In this document: positions 10,796-24,210 of the stretch, piece by piece
Numbering within the stretch: the stretch's first letter is position 1
Layout: each line of letters opens with the position of its first letter
Origin: Podarcis tiliguerta
Taxonomy: Eukaryota
NCBI GenBank assembly: GCA_965153285.1
Contig: OZ229121.1
Reading direction: 5' to 3' (one strand)
DNA length: 64,000 nucleotides
Position numbers and translations under genes: made by a program
Notes under the pieces: model-generated
Seen by the model: only the letters and a program-made list of their open reading frames with translations
Told to the model about the DNA's origin: nothing
Databases searched by the model: none

Positions 10796-13112
10796 ACTAC
10801 ATACTAATTCAAACAGAATGTATATGACAATTTCCTTCAGCCAACATGCAGTTTTTTTTCTTTTGTGCCTGTCTTGTTTGCCTAACATTCATATTAGGTA
10901 AAAGTTAAAAGGTGTTTGGAAGAGCGAATGTTACTGCATAAAAGCTACAAAGCTAACATAACAAACACCCTTAAATTCTTGTCTGTCTGCTGGGCTAGTG
11001 CAGACTACAACATTTGGTTCAGTTAGCCACTGTTTGCTTTAAGCAATGAAAAGCACCCCAAGAGGCAAAGTCTTGTGTTACTTCTGAAAGACGTTTGGGC
11101 TTCCCTTGATGCTCAGTGATAAGGTGGTGTCATGAAGTGAATCACCCACCACCAAGACTGCTTTTTTGTGATGTTTGTCACTGACCTCAGCCTTAAATAT
11201 CTCGTGACCAAGAGGAGTGAGGTTTACTTTCGTCAATCATAATTTTGATTGTCACCTCAACCAACCTTCTTCCTTTTGGGTTCCAGCAATTGCACTCCAT
11301 CCTATGAAATCTTGGTAAGCTGGTATGACCTGGAAGGCTGGGCTGGTGGGGAAAAGGTGGGAACTCTTAATTCACCCCACTCCAGAAAGTGTTGTTTTTT
11401 TTAATGCCACCTTCTTCAGCATTTTCTTTCTTTGGCCCCCTCCTCAGGATGCCTTTCTTACATAATTTGGAGAAGATAACTAGACCATACACCACCAGTA
11501 ACAATCCTGTGCCTCAGCTAGTTCAGGGTACTTGAGCCTGAGTAAGACTAGCTATCAAAGAAATGAACACGATCAGCACATCAGTTGGTCAACTCTCATC
11601 ATCCTCGATCATTGGCTATACTGGCTGAGACAGATTCAGTCTGGTTCACATTTTAATGTGATTTCCATTGAAATAACTGGTACTTGATGCCTTTTTGCAC
11701 AACCAGCTGGGCATGAGATAGTGGGGAAAGGCTTGCCTATACAGAGACTTACATGCCCATAAAGAACTGGTTGTGTGTATTTGCTGCCACAGGCAGATTT
11801 GACTTTTAAGCATGTCACTTGAGATGTGTCTAGTTGTGATGGCACATGGAAGCCAGCTCTCGCGTATTAGATTAGATTGGTTCACTTGCAAAATAACAGT
11901 ATGAAAGTAATACAGAGTAGTGTCAATAGAGTTAACTCAGACCTAAATAAACTGCAACATAAACTTAAAATGCTGAATTTCCCTGGCAGTTCACAACACA
12001 TCCCTTTAAAAAGGAAAATAATAATAATCCTCTTTTAGCAAATATTAGAATGAAATAGTAAAATAAAATGGGATGTAGCTCTTGTGTATGACTATTGGAT
12101 GCACACATCCTGCCTGTCAAATTTATATGCAAATAAGACAGGAATTTAGATCATAATATAGCACTTAACGTTCTCATCAAGAAGCTAATGCACCTTTTAA
12201 AATAATGCAAAATACTTCTAGCCAATCATTACTTTAATTAGTACAAAGATTCATGTGTCTAGTATCTGGTGTGTGTGTTTTAAAAAAAGAATTTCAATTG
12301 GCTCCAAAGCTTATGGCAGCTGTACAGTTTTTTATTTGGCTTGCACATTTTGAAAGCGTTCTCAAGAAAATCCAGCAGGAATCCAAGTGACACTGCCAGT
12401 GTTCACTCTATTGTATAAAAATTAATAGTTCCTTGTTTCCCCCCCTTTCCTTTTAAACAATACATAAATAATATCGGCATTGGCAAAAAGAAGCCACATG
12501 CTGCAGCCAGCCCTATAATTTGGGTTAGTGCGAATACCAATTAGACTATTACTGTTGCACAGTATTTGGGCATGTTTAACAAAAGATTAAATTAAAGGAT
12601 ATATAAGGAACAGAAAACATGTTTCGGAGAAGAGGATGAACCTGATTCTTTGTGCTGGCTGATGATTCGGAGCCTCCTTGTGTCAGCCTAGCCTTGCCTT
12701 ATTTTAAATTAGCATATTTTGCCAGCTCTTTCTGGTTCTTAGCCAGTTTGGTCAGTATAAAGGATCAGAGAGTGACATGCCAAAGATTTGTTATAGCCCA
12801 GGATGGACATTTATCATCCCTCCACCTCACTGTTGTTTCAGCATGCTAAAATCTGGAATTTAGAAAGGTCAAACCCAGTCCCAGTGCCAATGACCTATAT
12901 GTCAATAACTCATTTAATCAAAGAAGCTCTATAACATAAAAAAATTCACAATGCTTGTTGATTTTTCAGCACTGGGAAAAAAAAGATTGTGTGTTTTTGT
13001 TTATTGTTTTTGCACCTTTTTCAGGGCATGGTATGCCAGGGCAAACTATGACAGCTATTAAGTTCAATTTAAACCCTTACATGACTTAGGACCCAAATAT
13101 CAGTTGGACTGC

Positions 13113-13696
13113 TGTCATGGACTGGCTGGATGCAGCTGAGTGGTAGGAGGCAGCAGCTGGGGAACCCCCAAGGAAACCCCCAAGGGAAGAAGGCCGAGAG
13201 CCAGAGGGTTGGTGGTGGGACGATGATGAGTGATCAGAGGGAGCAGATGGGAGGAGGATGTGTCAGCTGCTGAAGAGGTAACAAGGTTTAGTGAGCAGGA
13301 AGAGGCTGTGGCAGAAAGCAGTCCAGAGGCAGAAGCGGAGGCCAGAGAGGAGATGGGCCAAGAGGCAGAATGGAGGCAGGCTCAAGAATCCAGGGAGTCT
13401 CCCCCCTTCTGTTGTGGTGGCAGCTCCCCTACCCCCAGTCTAGAACACAGAGAAATGAAAAGAGCAGAGCAGAGATTGGTTGTGCACAGACACAGTTTGC
13501 GATGGCTTGGGAAGAGCAGGAGCTTTAGTGAGTGGTGGGAAGGTACGAACCTTTCAGCCCTCACAACTGCCTTATTGGAGCAAGACCTGCTGGGATCACT
13601 AGGCCTGCACTGTTCTGCTTTCTTTGAATAAAAAGTTAACTGCACTTACGCCGTGTTTTTCTATTGCTGACATACGCTTGACTCCTGCTCCTGACA
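13113..13696 (+). mobile_element. Solo LTR (probably Gypsy-type), about 584 bp
   Basis: TG...CA ends with short inverted termini tgtcatgga / tcctgaca; AATAAA at 13628; 4-bp flanks ctgc/atgc; purine-rich U3-like body. Confidence 0.7.
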
Positions 13697-15593
13697 ATGC
13701 ACCCATCCACAGAGATTGTCCTCGGAAGTCCTTTCTTCAGCTGCCCTTGCTGTCTGCGGTGTGGCAGGTGGCGACTGGAGATTGCCCTTTTTCAACAGTT
13801 GTTGAATTGCCCTATAACAAACCAGAGTGAATGCTCAATAGATAGCCAATGCCATCTAACGTCTCTCAAACTTTGTGCAAACAAATCAGAATGAATTCTG
13901 AACTGGAAACAACCTTTGTTTAAAACTCCATGGAACTGTTGTTGTTGTTGTTTCAGTAAACATATTTTAAGAGGTGGGAATTTGTGCATGGGGGTGGCCT
14001 GTTTTCACCCTATGGATGTCAGAAAAGCTGTGAAATAATTAGGAATGTGGGGGATAAATATGTAAGTTGGACATGGTCTCGTCAGTGAAGCCAAAGACTG
14101 CTGAACAGAAAGCAATCTGGTGAATTGCACTGCTAAATAGTACCTACGACCAGACACTTCTAATTAGTTCACAGGTTTTTAAAAGGCAGATTCATTGGTA
14201 AGGCCACTTTTGTATGTAATAACATAATGCTGCATAATTGTTTGCTGGATTACACTCTCCCCAAAGCCACATCCTAACAAATTTAAATTCCTATGGACTT
14301 GATAGTGTTGAGTCTTTCATAATTTTGAAAGATGGAAAAGCTAAGGATGTTCCTATCCTCACAGCACCTGTGTTGTATTTTTCTTTAAACCTTAAAAAAA
14401 TGAATTGCAAAACAGCTTGAATCAGTTTGAATTGAGCAGGCTAAAATCCATTATTGGCTTGCACAGTGATGTTTATGCTAACCATACAAGAGAAAACTAC
14501 GGAGACCTCAAATTCCCCTTCCACATCTCTTTAGCTGTACAAATACAACTGAGTTGTCAACAGGAATGTCAACATTCTGGAATGCTTACACTGCAATCAC
14601 CTGTATTATTCATGGACAAGTAAAATGCAGATTGCAACGAATGTCACAACATACTGCTTTTATTATATAGTCCTATGTTTGCTTCTTCAGCACAACCACT
14701 TAGTACACTATTACTGGATGTCAATAAGTATATTTCCTTCCTTTTTGTTTGATGATCCTTTCCGATTTGACTTGGGGCCAGCTACACATTAAGTTAAACA
14801 CATACTTTAAAGTATGTGTAGACAACTTAATTTTATAAAATGCATCTGCAGAGGCACCCAATCCAGCAAGGTCTATGAAGACAAAAGGTAAAGCAAACCA
14901 ACCAGCAGATCTACTAAAGAGGAATATATTACAGATTAACAGTATGATCTCTTTGCACAACTTTTGAGTAAAGTATATGCAATGCAGTGGTTAAATTGCT
15001 GATGAGGAACAAAAACAACCATTGTTAGCAGCACATCTTTGTTTCTTCAACAGCAGCAAGTAATATATAAAATGGACAATGCATCCCTGACTATTTTACA
15101 GTAAAAGTTGGTAACCTGACTGTTTAAACATGGTTTGGACATGCTATTTTTAAAAAGGACAAGATTTCTAAGCTAAAACAGAACAGAATATAAAAGTCAG
15201 CTCAGTGGCAAAGTTGTTGCTTCTCCCCACATAAAATATTTTGGACTCTTTGAGACTGGCCCAAATTGTGGAAGCCCCCAGCTGCTACCATCACAGAATT
15301 TATCTTCCCTCACGTTGACCCTATTTTCTATCCCCTGCCATTAGTAGTTATTCTGGCTTCATTTCTCCCTTTATTTATCATTTTGCTATATCATACTTTG
15401 CTCCTGATTTTGGTTTAAAAGAATTGCTGTGAGATTTGCATTAGGCAAGGGTTAAGTAAAGGTGGATAGGTGGTGACTGTACTATTGTAAACCGTTGTGC
15501 TGTTAGGATAGGACTTTGAGGCCTATTGTCCCACTCAGCCAAAGGAGCAGGAGTGTCTACAAAAGCATAGCACATTTTAAACTAAGAGAAGTA

Positions 15594-15821
15594 CAGTGGT
15601 ACCTCTAGTTATGAACTTAATTCGTTTCGGAGGTCCGTTCTTAACCTGAAACTGTTCTTAACTAGAGGCGTGCTTTTCCTAATGGGGCCTCTTGCTGATA
15701 CTGCACCGCCGGCACATGATTTCTGTTCTCATCCTGGTTCTCAACTCGAGGTAACTCTTCCAGGTTAGCAGAGTTTGTAAACCTGAAGCATTTGTAACCT
15801 GAGGCTTTTGTAACTTGAGGT
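15594..15821 (-). mobile_element. MITE family A, diverged, reverse orientation, right TIR truncated
   Basis: TA|cagtggtacctc followed by the reverse complement of the family A body; ends at aacttgaggt without accactg|TA. Confidence 0.8.
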
Positions 15822-15824
15822 GTT

Positions 15825-15991
15825 CGGTGTTCCATTGCGCCAGAAGCGGCTTCGTCATGCTGGCCACATGACCTGGAAAAACTGCGGACAAACGCTGGCT
15901 CCCTCGGCCTGTAAAGCGAGATGAGCACCGCAACCGCAGAGTCGTCTGCGACTGCACTTAACTGTCAGGGGTCCTTTACCTTTTACCTTTA
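15825..15991 (+). mobile_element. Sauria SINE 3' half
   Basis: gccagaagcggcttcgtcatgctggccacatgacc...gagatgagcaccgcaacc...cctttaccttttaccttt; the 5' half is absent. Confidence 0.85.
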
Positions 15992-16542
15992 TTCCCTCCA
16001 CAGAGTTACAATTCTCAGAGTGGTTTAACAATTTATCTCTCTTCCCAAGGAATTCTGGGTATTGTAGTTCTGTGAGGGGAACAAGAATCTAACAACTCTC
16101 AGCACACTTCTTTGGGGGAAAGCTATGACTGTGGTATGATACTGCTCTAGATGGATGGCTGAATCTGCCAGTTTTGGTTTATTTCTGCTACTCATTCTTT
16201 CCATCCTTAAGTTCAATTGGCACATGTTTGCACTTTTAAAAAAACACGCAACAATTTCTCAGCATTTCAGTGCATGTTTCTCCTTGTATTTATGTAGACT
16301 TATACATAATTTTACCTAAGATAAATTTTAAAAGCATATTAGGCAAATGTTTAACTTTTGCCAATATATGCATTTTAATGCACACTTTCCCCTAAAATGT
16401 ACATGCTTGTATACAAGTTTTGGGTTGAATAACTACATCACAAGATTCAGAGAAGTGTGAGTTTCAGAGGACAGCTGCTTTTCAGTTCACATGTAAGCTT
16501 TGAGAAGTGCAGATTAGAATTTCCCCCACTGTATTCACTATA

Positions 16543-16784
16543 CAGTAGTACCTCGGGTTACATATGCTTCAGGTTACATACGCTTCAGGTTACAGACTCT
16601 GCTAACCCAGAAATAGTGCTTCAGGTTAAGAACTTTGCTTCAGGATGAGAACAGAAATCGTGCTCTGGCGGCGCGGCGGCAGCAGGAGGCCCCATTAGCT
16701 AAAGTGGTGCTTCAGGTTAAGAACAGTTTCAGGTTAAGAACGGACCTCCGGAATGAATTAAGTAATTAACCAGAGGTACCACTG
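16543..16784 (+). mobile_element. MITE family A
   Basis: TA|cagtagtacctc ... gaggtaccactg|TA. Confidence 0.9.
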
Positions 16785-18424
16785 TATATTTAAATGTAAA
16801 AGACTTTTTTGTTTGCTTGTTTGCAAAAGATGCCAGAACAAAAGGGGGAAGAGATATGCTCTGCTGTGTTGCATGGCAGAGTGAAAGTCTGCATATTTAT
16901 TTTCCTTGCAACTCTATTCTGGCCACCAGATTGCTTGATGTTTGCTGTACACAAAGAGCAGAACATGTGCTTCTCATCTGTATGACCATCTTGGGAAAGG
17001 CCAAGGAAATTATAAATATCTCCCACTGTACTGTTCTCACTTTTCAAAGCAAGGCGAGCCTGCAGAGAGATTGCGTTTCAAACTGAAACTCACTTTTAAA
17101 AGAATCAAGAAAAACACAAGCTGCTCTGCCCTTGTTGTTTGTTCGCCTGCCCTGAGAGAAGTGGAAGGAGCCAGGAAGCAGGCAACGCACCGGCCTGGAT
17201 GAACAATAGCTCACAACCTGATTAACTATGCTCCCACAACCCCCAACACTGTAACATGCTTATTCTCATACTGCCAAGGGACCCCAAAGACCACCACACC
17301 ATTGCCAAAGGCTCCGTTCTGTCAGTTCCAGTGGTGGCTGGTGAGACCAGTAGGGCAGAAGGCAAGCAGGGTTGTGCCAGAGCCAGTGACAGGTGCAGAC
17401 AACTACTTACACTTTTGTCCTCCACAACCACTTTGGTTGAGTTGCATAGGGGCTAAGGAAGATGACGCTGACAGCCAGTGCCACCCCCTGGACTGGTTGG
17501 AGGTAAGAAGGCAGGCAGGTGTGGACTGCCTGAAGGCAGAATGAGGTTGGGCGTGTGTGCCCCATTTGCCCTAATGAAGCAGCCTTCACTGGCAACTAAC
17601 AGCCTGCCCTCCACTGATTTAAAACCCAAGAGAGGGTGTTTGGCTAAAGGAATGCTGGGGAAACACAAATGTCCCATGCAGCAGCCCTGTTCAGGCGTTC
17701 GCTCCATAAGTTCTCAAGAACTTCAGGATAGTATGCACCAGTAGTGGGGAGTGTGTTGGGAAGAGGGAGGAAAAAACCACCAGCGATTCCAGCAATTCCC
17801 ATCTGCCCCATCTATGCTACCCTCTTTATCTCCAGACGCAGGCACTTCCCTCTCCCATTGCTCTCACTACAGCTGCATCCTCCACTTGTATCACTACTGC
17901 TTCATTCCCAGCAGCTTGAAAAGGGCTGAACTCAAGTTGCAGGCCTCAGCTCATTATGAAGGCCCAAAGTGAACAAAGTAGGAGAAGTCTTCCCTCTGGT
18001 TCTCCCTGTATGATGCTGCCACCCAAGCTAGGTTGTAGAAGCATTACACCTAGCCTAGTCTGCCCAACAACAAGGCAGACCAGACGCAGGTATGTTATTG
18101 TCAGGAGTCTGGCTGGCTCCCCCATTTCTCAGCAGTGTGGTGCACAAACAGGCTTCTACCCAATGCTGGGAACTGCCCTGAGTATTTGAAATGTTCACTC
18201 CTGAACCAGTGTAGCAGATAATATGCTAATGTTCACTAATTCCTAGACAACCTGCTACAGATGAGAAATTATGCTAATTAAGGATTATCTTTTTTGTTGT
18301 TGCCTTTTTCATTTAATATTCAGATTCTAGGAATATATATCTATATATCTATAGATATATCTCACTTTTTTACTGGCTAGCAGGGTAGCCATATGCCCTA
18401 CTTTAAGGGGGGGTGTCCTTAGTA

Positions 18425-18666
18425 CAGTGGTACCTCGGGTTACATACGCTTCAGGTTACATACACTTCAGGTTACAGACTCTGCTAACCCAGAAATAGTA
18501 TCTCTGGTTAAGAACTTTGCTTCAGGATGAGAACAGAAATCATGCTCCGGTAGTGCGGCAGCAGCAGGAGGCCCCATTAGCTAAAGTGGTGCTTCAGGTT
18601 AAGAACAGTTTCAGGTTAAGAACGGACCTCCAGAACGAATTAATTACTTAACCCGAGGTACCACTG
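18425..18666 (+). mobile_element. MITE family A
   Basis: TA|cagtggtacctc ... gaggtaccactg|TA. Confidence 0.9.
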
Positions 18667-20399
18667 TATGAAGTTCTCCTCTATAGTCTGTATCTATAGG
18701 TATTAAGCAAACTCATGTTCTTGGGTCTGTTAATCCCAGGGATCTCATAAAAAGGTGAGGCAATTCAACAGATAAAACTTCATTAATACCCGAATACTAG
18801 TAGCTTCAAATGTTGTGGGAACACCTGTAATTAAGTATACAGTATGAACAAACAAGGGTCACTAAGAGTTCCTTATAATTGCTACCCAAAGGGAAATAGA
18901 TTTGCAGAGGTAGTTCCCAAGGCAAGTAAGTTCTTATACCATAATGGGAGTAATTTGAGCAAGAAATTCTACTGAGTTTGATAAAGCAACATAAGATATG
19001 GCACACAATTGTGTTTTGGAACACAAAATGGAATTGGTTTATGAGTATTTGCATTGCTTCATTAACATGCTTGCCTATTAAAGTACTCAACAATATGGCA
19101 TTAAACCTCCTTTTCAAAAGCATTTATATTTTTAGAACCCTGTTAGCACCACAAAGTGACAGGCTGCGAATACTATTCTCTTTATGTAGACACTTCGGAG
19201 ATAATGAAGGAAGTTGCAATAATATTTTGAAAACGTTCAATAGTAAGTAAGTTACTATGATAAAACTTGGCTTTTGTTTTCTGGAGGAATGAAGGGCTTC
19301 TGTTTTCAAAATAATCAGTGTAATACTGAGGTCAAGAAGCTTAGTCTTTTAAAGAAAAATAACATTTAAATAATTATGTTTACAATAGGAAAAAAACTTA
19401 TTTGCAAAACTTAGTCACCAGTCTTACTGCCGCATTCTGTATACTTGGCAACTACTATTTTAAAACAAGGACAGCTTGTAATATTCCTTCAGTTAAATAA
19501 TTGGCTGAAATATTTCAGATCCAGGTTTTGTTTCAACTCCTTCAGCTGACACAATTGTGGAGTTTTACTTGATTATGTCAATGACTTATTAAAGGCCAAC
19601 GTATGGCTTTTGGTTCAAAAACCTACAGGAAATTAAAATACAATATAAAATAGACAACACGTCAATTTAAAAAACACACGCATCAAGCCTACAAAACAGA
19701 GACCAGCTTATTGTATATTATTAATTACTGTTATGTATAAAGGATTGGATTTAACATTCCTGTGAACAGAACTCCACTCATGGGATGCTTCTGCACTAGA
19801 AAGGATGTGTGTGTGGAGAAAAGACAACTTTGACGTATCTCCTGCCCACCCCCCACAGCCCATTGCCAGCCATTAAAAGCTGCTCTTGGAAAAAAAGAGA
19901 ACCAGAACATTTGTAGTTTAAAAAAGTAATGGCTTTTTATCCTTAAATTACGGGGCATGCACTGACTGTAGCCAAAGAATTAAAACGCCAAGTGCAAGTG
20001 GCACTGAGAGTGCAATTGTGTATAGCCACCATTATAGAATTGTGAGCATAAATCATCATAAATGAGCAATAAATATAATCTCTGGAGGGGCTCTTATTCA
20101 GACTGGGTGTTATATTAAAACAGGCACACAAAAAGGGGGTAAGGTATGGGAGGTTAGCAGCCGTTTGGCCTTGTATAACTTCAGACAGGTAGAAACATAA
20201 TTAAAAGAAAAGCTTTTTATCACGGCTCATGTGTTTGTATGGATGCGATGAGACTGAGCAGGTGGAAGCTTATGTTACATGTTTGCACTGGGCCTGAGAG
20301 GGGGAAATGATGCTACTAGCATGCAGAACCTGGAAGGTTACCTGGGAAGGACTGTAGATCTCAGGTGAAAAAAGGTGCCCTGGCCCTGCTTGAGAGATA

Positions 20400-21040
20400 C
20401 AGTGGTACATTGGTTCTCAAACACCTTGGTACTCAAATGGCAAAAATTCGAAAGTAAGTGCTCCGGTTTCCGAATGCTTTTCAGAAGCCAAATGTCCGAT
20501 GCGGCTGTCAGCTATTTTTTCCCAGGGCACCTGCACCAATCAAAAGCTGCGCCTTGGTTTTCAAACATTTTGGAAGTCAGATGGACTTCCAGAATGGATT
20601 AAGTTTGGCGCTTTTGTTTTTGCTATTTTGCGTTTTTGTTTTTGAGGCTTTTTTGGTTAATTTGTTTTTGTGACTGTGTGGAACCTAGTTCAGCTACTGA
20701 CTGATTGTGTGACTGCAGAAATGGATAGAAGCCCTCCATCCAAACAATGACTATCATCAGTGCAGGTAAGAATTTTTTAATTTTTTTTAATCATCTACAA
20801 TACTGTATTATTTTATATAGTACAGTACATTGATTATTGCTTTCATTTTATGGATCAATTGTATCGTTAGATAGTAAAATTCATGTTAAATTGCTGTTTT
20901 AGGTGTTGTTTTTAAAAGTCTGGAACGGATTAATCCATTTTGCATTACTTTCTATGGGAAAGCATGCCTTGGTTTTGGAATGCTTTGTTTTTGGAATGGA
21001 CTTCCGGAACAGATTCAGTTTGAGAACCAAGGTACCACTG
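20400..21040 (+). mobile_element. TA-target MITE family B (641 bp), TIR related to family A
   Basis: TA|cagtggtacattggttctcaaac ... gtttgagaaccaaggtaccactg|TA; body shared with 56858-57352. Confidence 0.85.
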
Positions 21041-21335
21041 TATACAGGCTAAACCACCTCTTCCAAATCAGCTGTATTTATGCCTAACTGTACTTCTCTC
21101 TTGCCAGGATTAAGTTCCAGTTTAAGTTTCCTCAAAGGTGAATGCCATGCCAGGGGTGCCATATAAAGAGAGCCGGGTGTAATCAGTGGCCCACACTTTC
21201 CCAGAACACATGATTGCTTCTCCAGATGACAACCACCGATATCTCCAGTTATTATGAGGTATTAAAAACTGTCTCATTTAAAACTGCCCAATATGCAATC
21301 CAATGAAGAATGGACTTGTATCTGTAACAGTTGTA

Positions 21336-21578
21336 CAGTGGTACCTCAGGTTACATACACTTCAGGTTACATACGCTTCAGGTTACAGACTCCACTAACC
21401 CAGAAATAGCTTCAGGTTAAGAATTTTGCTTCAGGATGAGAACAGAAATCGTGCTCCGGCGACGCAGCAGCAGCAGCTGGAGGCCCCATTAGCTAAAGTG
21501 GTGCTTCAGGTTAAGAACAGTTTCAGGTTAAGAACGGACCTCCGGAACGAATTAAGTACTTAACCTGAGGTACCATTG
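21336..21578 (+). mobile_element. MITE family A
   Basis: TA|cagtggtacctcagg ... cctgaggtaccattg|TA. Confidence 0.9.
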
Positions 21579-22756
21579 TATAGTTGATTGGTTCACTCCA
21601 TTATTATGCCTCTGAATGACTAAAGGAACAGCACTTGCAAAGTTTTTGCCAGAGACGACTTTTATTTATATAAAAACATGAGCTACCTTGGGTATCTTGC
21701 TCTGGGGTCCTAGCAATAAGGAGGACACACAGCTAGTATTGCTGGATATGCAGCGAAAACTCAGAGGTAATGCGAGCCGGCAGCAAGGTAACCCATAGCT
21801 ACCCGCCAAACGCTGAGCAATATTCTTATTAATCTTTTCATGCTTTGCCGTGGGCCCCTTCAAGGGGTGTCTGGTTTCACAGTGTGGCAGAGCAATGGGA
21901 GCCGATAAGCTGCACACTTCTTTCTCCCAGAGCCACCGCAGAAAAGAAACGCGAAAGGCCGCTGAATCATGTTACTGGATGCTTTTGCAGAATAGGACTG
22001 AGGAACATTGTTCCTTCGAGCTCCAAGCTCTCTCCATTATCAGGCCGTATAGAAATAGATATTTGCAAAGGCAGCCAAGCACACTCTTCATGTTTTAAAG
22101 GAGAGAAGGCAGGCTTCCAATCGTGCCTGGCTCACTGCTTACTTTAATGCAGCTTTGATCTCTGTTCTTCTGATGTCATCTTCTGCAATCAGCAGGGGGA
22201 ACTTGGATAGTCAGCCACTCTAGAAGCAAATCTACACAGCAAACCTGATTTTAAAAAATTTATTCCCTCTTCCTAGAGAAGTCAACGGAGTTCTCATAGC
22301 GCTAGTCTCACTTCCAAATATCTTGATTATTGAGCATTTATCCTGATTTCTTTGTCTAGAGGTTATACAGCTTCCCATCAATGGAATGTTTTACCATACT
22401 TTCTATTACATTTATCTTTCACTTTCCTTACTGCAAAAAGTGTAGGAATGTTAAGGATAGTAGGAAAGGATGTATTGAATAAGTTTTGCTGCTGCTGCTG
22501 CTTTTTGACTCCCTTTGGTTGTATATAGTACACAAATGTTGCTTGTTTAAAATTTTGACACCCTGCCTTTCAGTGCATTATTAGGGTCTACAAGACAGTT
22601 GCACAATAACTGTAGATCATGTGACGTAGCATTTCTTTGATTTCTCAGTGGGACCCTGCACTGGACCTACACTATCGCCAGGCAAAGCTTGATGGTCTTT
22701 AAGAGTGCATATTGCCTGCAGCTGTCCACTGAACCCCTCAAATTCTTATATCAGCA

Positions 22757-23010
22757 GAGAGCCAGTGTGGTGTAGTGGTTAAGAGTGATAGACTCGTAAT
22801 CTGGTGAACCAGGTTCGCGCCTCTGCTCCTCCACATGCAGCTGCTTGGGCCAGCCTTGGGCCAGTCACACTTCTCTGAAGTCTCTCAGCCCCACTCACCT
22901 CACAGAGTGTTTGTTGTGGGGGAGGAAGGGAAAGGAGAATGTTAGCCGCTTTGAGACTCCTTTGGGTAGTGATAAAGCAGGATATCAAATCCAAACTCTT
23001 CTTCTTCTTC
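22757..23010 (+). mobile_element. tRNA-derived SINE, Squam3-like, (CTT)n tail
   Basis: A-box tggtgtagtggtt, B-box-like ggttcgcgcc, body cctcacagagtgtttgttgtggggg, tail ctcttcttcttcttc. Close reverse copy at 60463-60707. Confidence 0.8.
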
Positions 23011-24145
23011 AGAGGAGTCACAAAGCTCCCGGCTGTGTTTGCTGCAACATACTATTATAACTACCCTTATGGAAGTTGTTACTATCACGAGTAGTTCCCA
23101 AACCATTTTTTAAAAAATGTACTGGGTTTTTAAACATGGAACAAACTGGGCCTGGGACTGTTCCAGAGGGGCAAATCAAAGAGGAAAAGTGAAAACATCT
23201 GTTTGTGTTTTTGAAACCATGACTGAATTGTAGTTTGCTCACAGGTCATGCAAGGGCTTCACCATGGACCAGACAAGAGCCTCATCATTCATTTTGGGAT
23301 ACCTCAAAACTCTGTTTCTGCACACATGCCAACAGCCTCACATTTGCCCATGGGCAAGCAAACTATAGTCCAAATGGGGTGAGGGTGGAGAAACACATGT
23401 GTAATCTCACTGTATACAAGTTGTACAAGTGACAATAAAGTATTTCAATGTAGCCACACAATGTGGGCATCGTCCTTCAGTGTTCGATTGCTGGCATGGC
23501 ATGAGGGATCAGACACGAGGAACCACTAACTGCTGACAAATATAAAGTGATCACCACTCAAATGTTTGGTTTCTGGGGCTTCCCCCACCCACCCAGAAGC
23601 ACCCTGCCTTTCCGTTAACTTCTGCATCTGGCTGGGATTAATGTGAAAAAGCAATACCAACCTGTCAACTGTGAAATACAAGCAAGCCTGAAAATTAAAA
23701 TATGCAAATCTAAAATGATATGCAAATCTACAGGCTTAGGAACACAAAAGGGCAGAGGAGGCTGCGTGATGGCTGAAAAGCTACGGCAGGAGAGAGAGAG
23801 TTGCCGGCCACGTTATTCCCGACAGCCTAGAATCAAGTTACGTTGAATAGATTTCAGAATATATATTCCTACCACACACTATTTGATTTTACTAATGAAT
23901 TCAGGAATTCAGCCCTAATATGATTCACCCTGGTATTCAGGAGAGGTTTATTAGTTCTTAAAATGCTTTATGCGATGACAGCCGTTTGTCATTAAAACTG
24001 CCAGCTTTTGTGATAACGGGAATATTGGAATCATAATGAAAATGCTGGCGCGGTTTGGTGCTTCTGCTACAGGGAAGGCATTTTCCACACAAAACACACA
24101 CACATGATCCCTGTCATCCCGTATCATGGTCTGTGTGTGATCACA

Positions 24146-24147
<2 letters not shown>

Positions 24148-24178
<31 letters not shown>

Positions 24179-24210
24179 TATAGATATATAGATATATATA
24201 TATATATATA
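24148..24210. repeat. (TA)n / (TAGA)-interrupted microsatellite
   Basis: Direct reading. Confidence 0.95.

Noticed and set aside
13230-13631. Glu-rich 133-aa ORF
   Set aside because: Lies wholly within the purine-rich solo LTR and has no ATG start; a compositional artefact.
17250-17760. GC-richer block with many overlapping ORFs, possibly a TE fragment
   Set aside because: I could identify no termini, TSD or protein motif, so no call is supportable.
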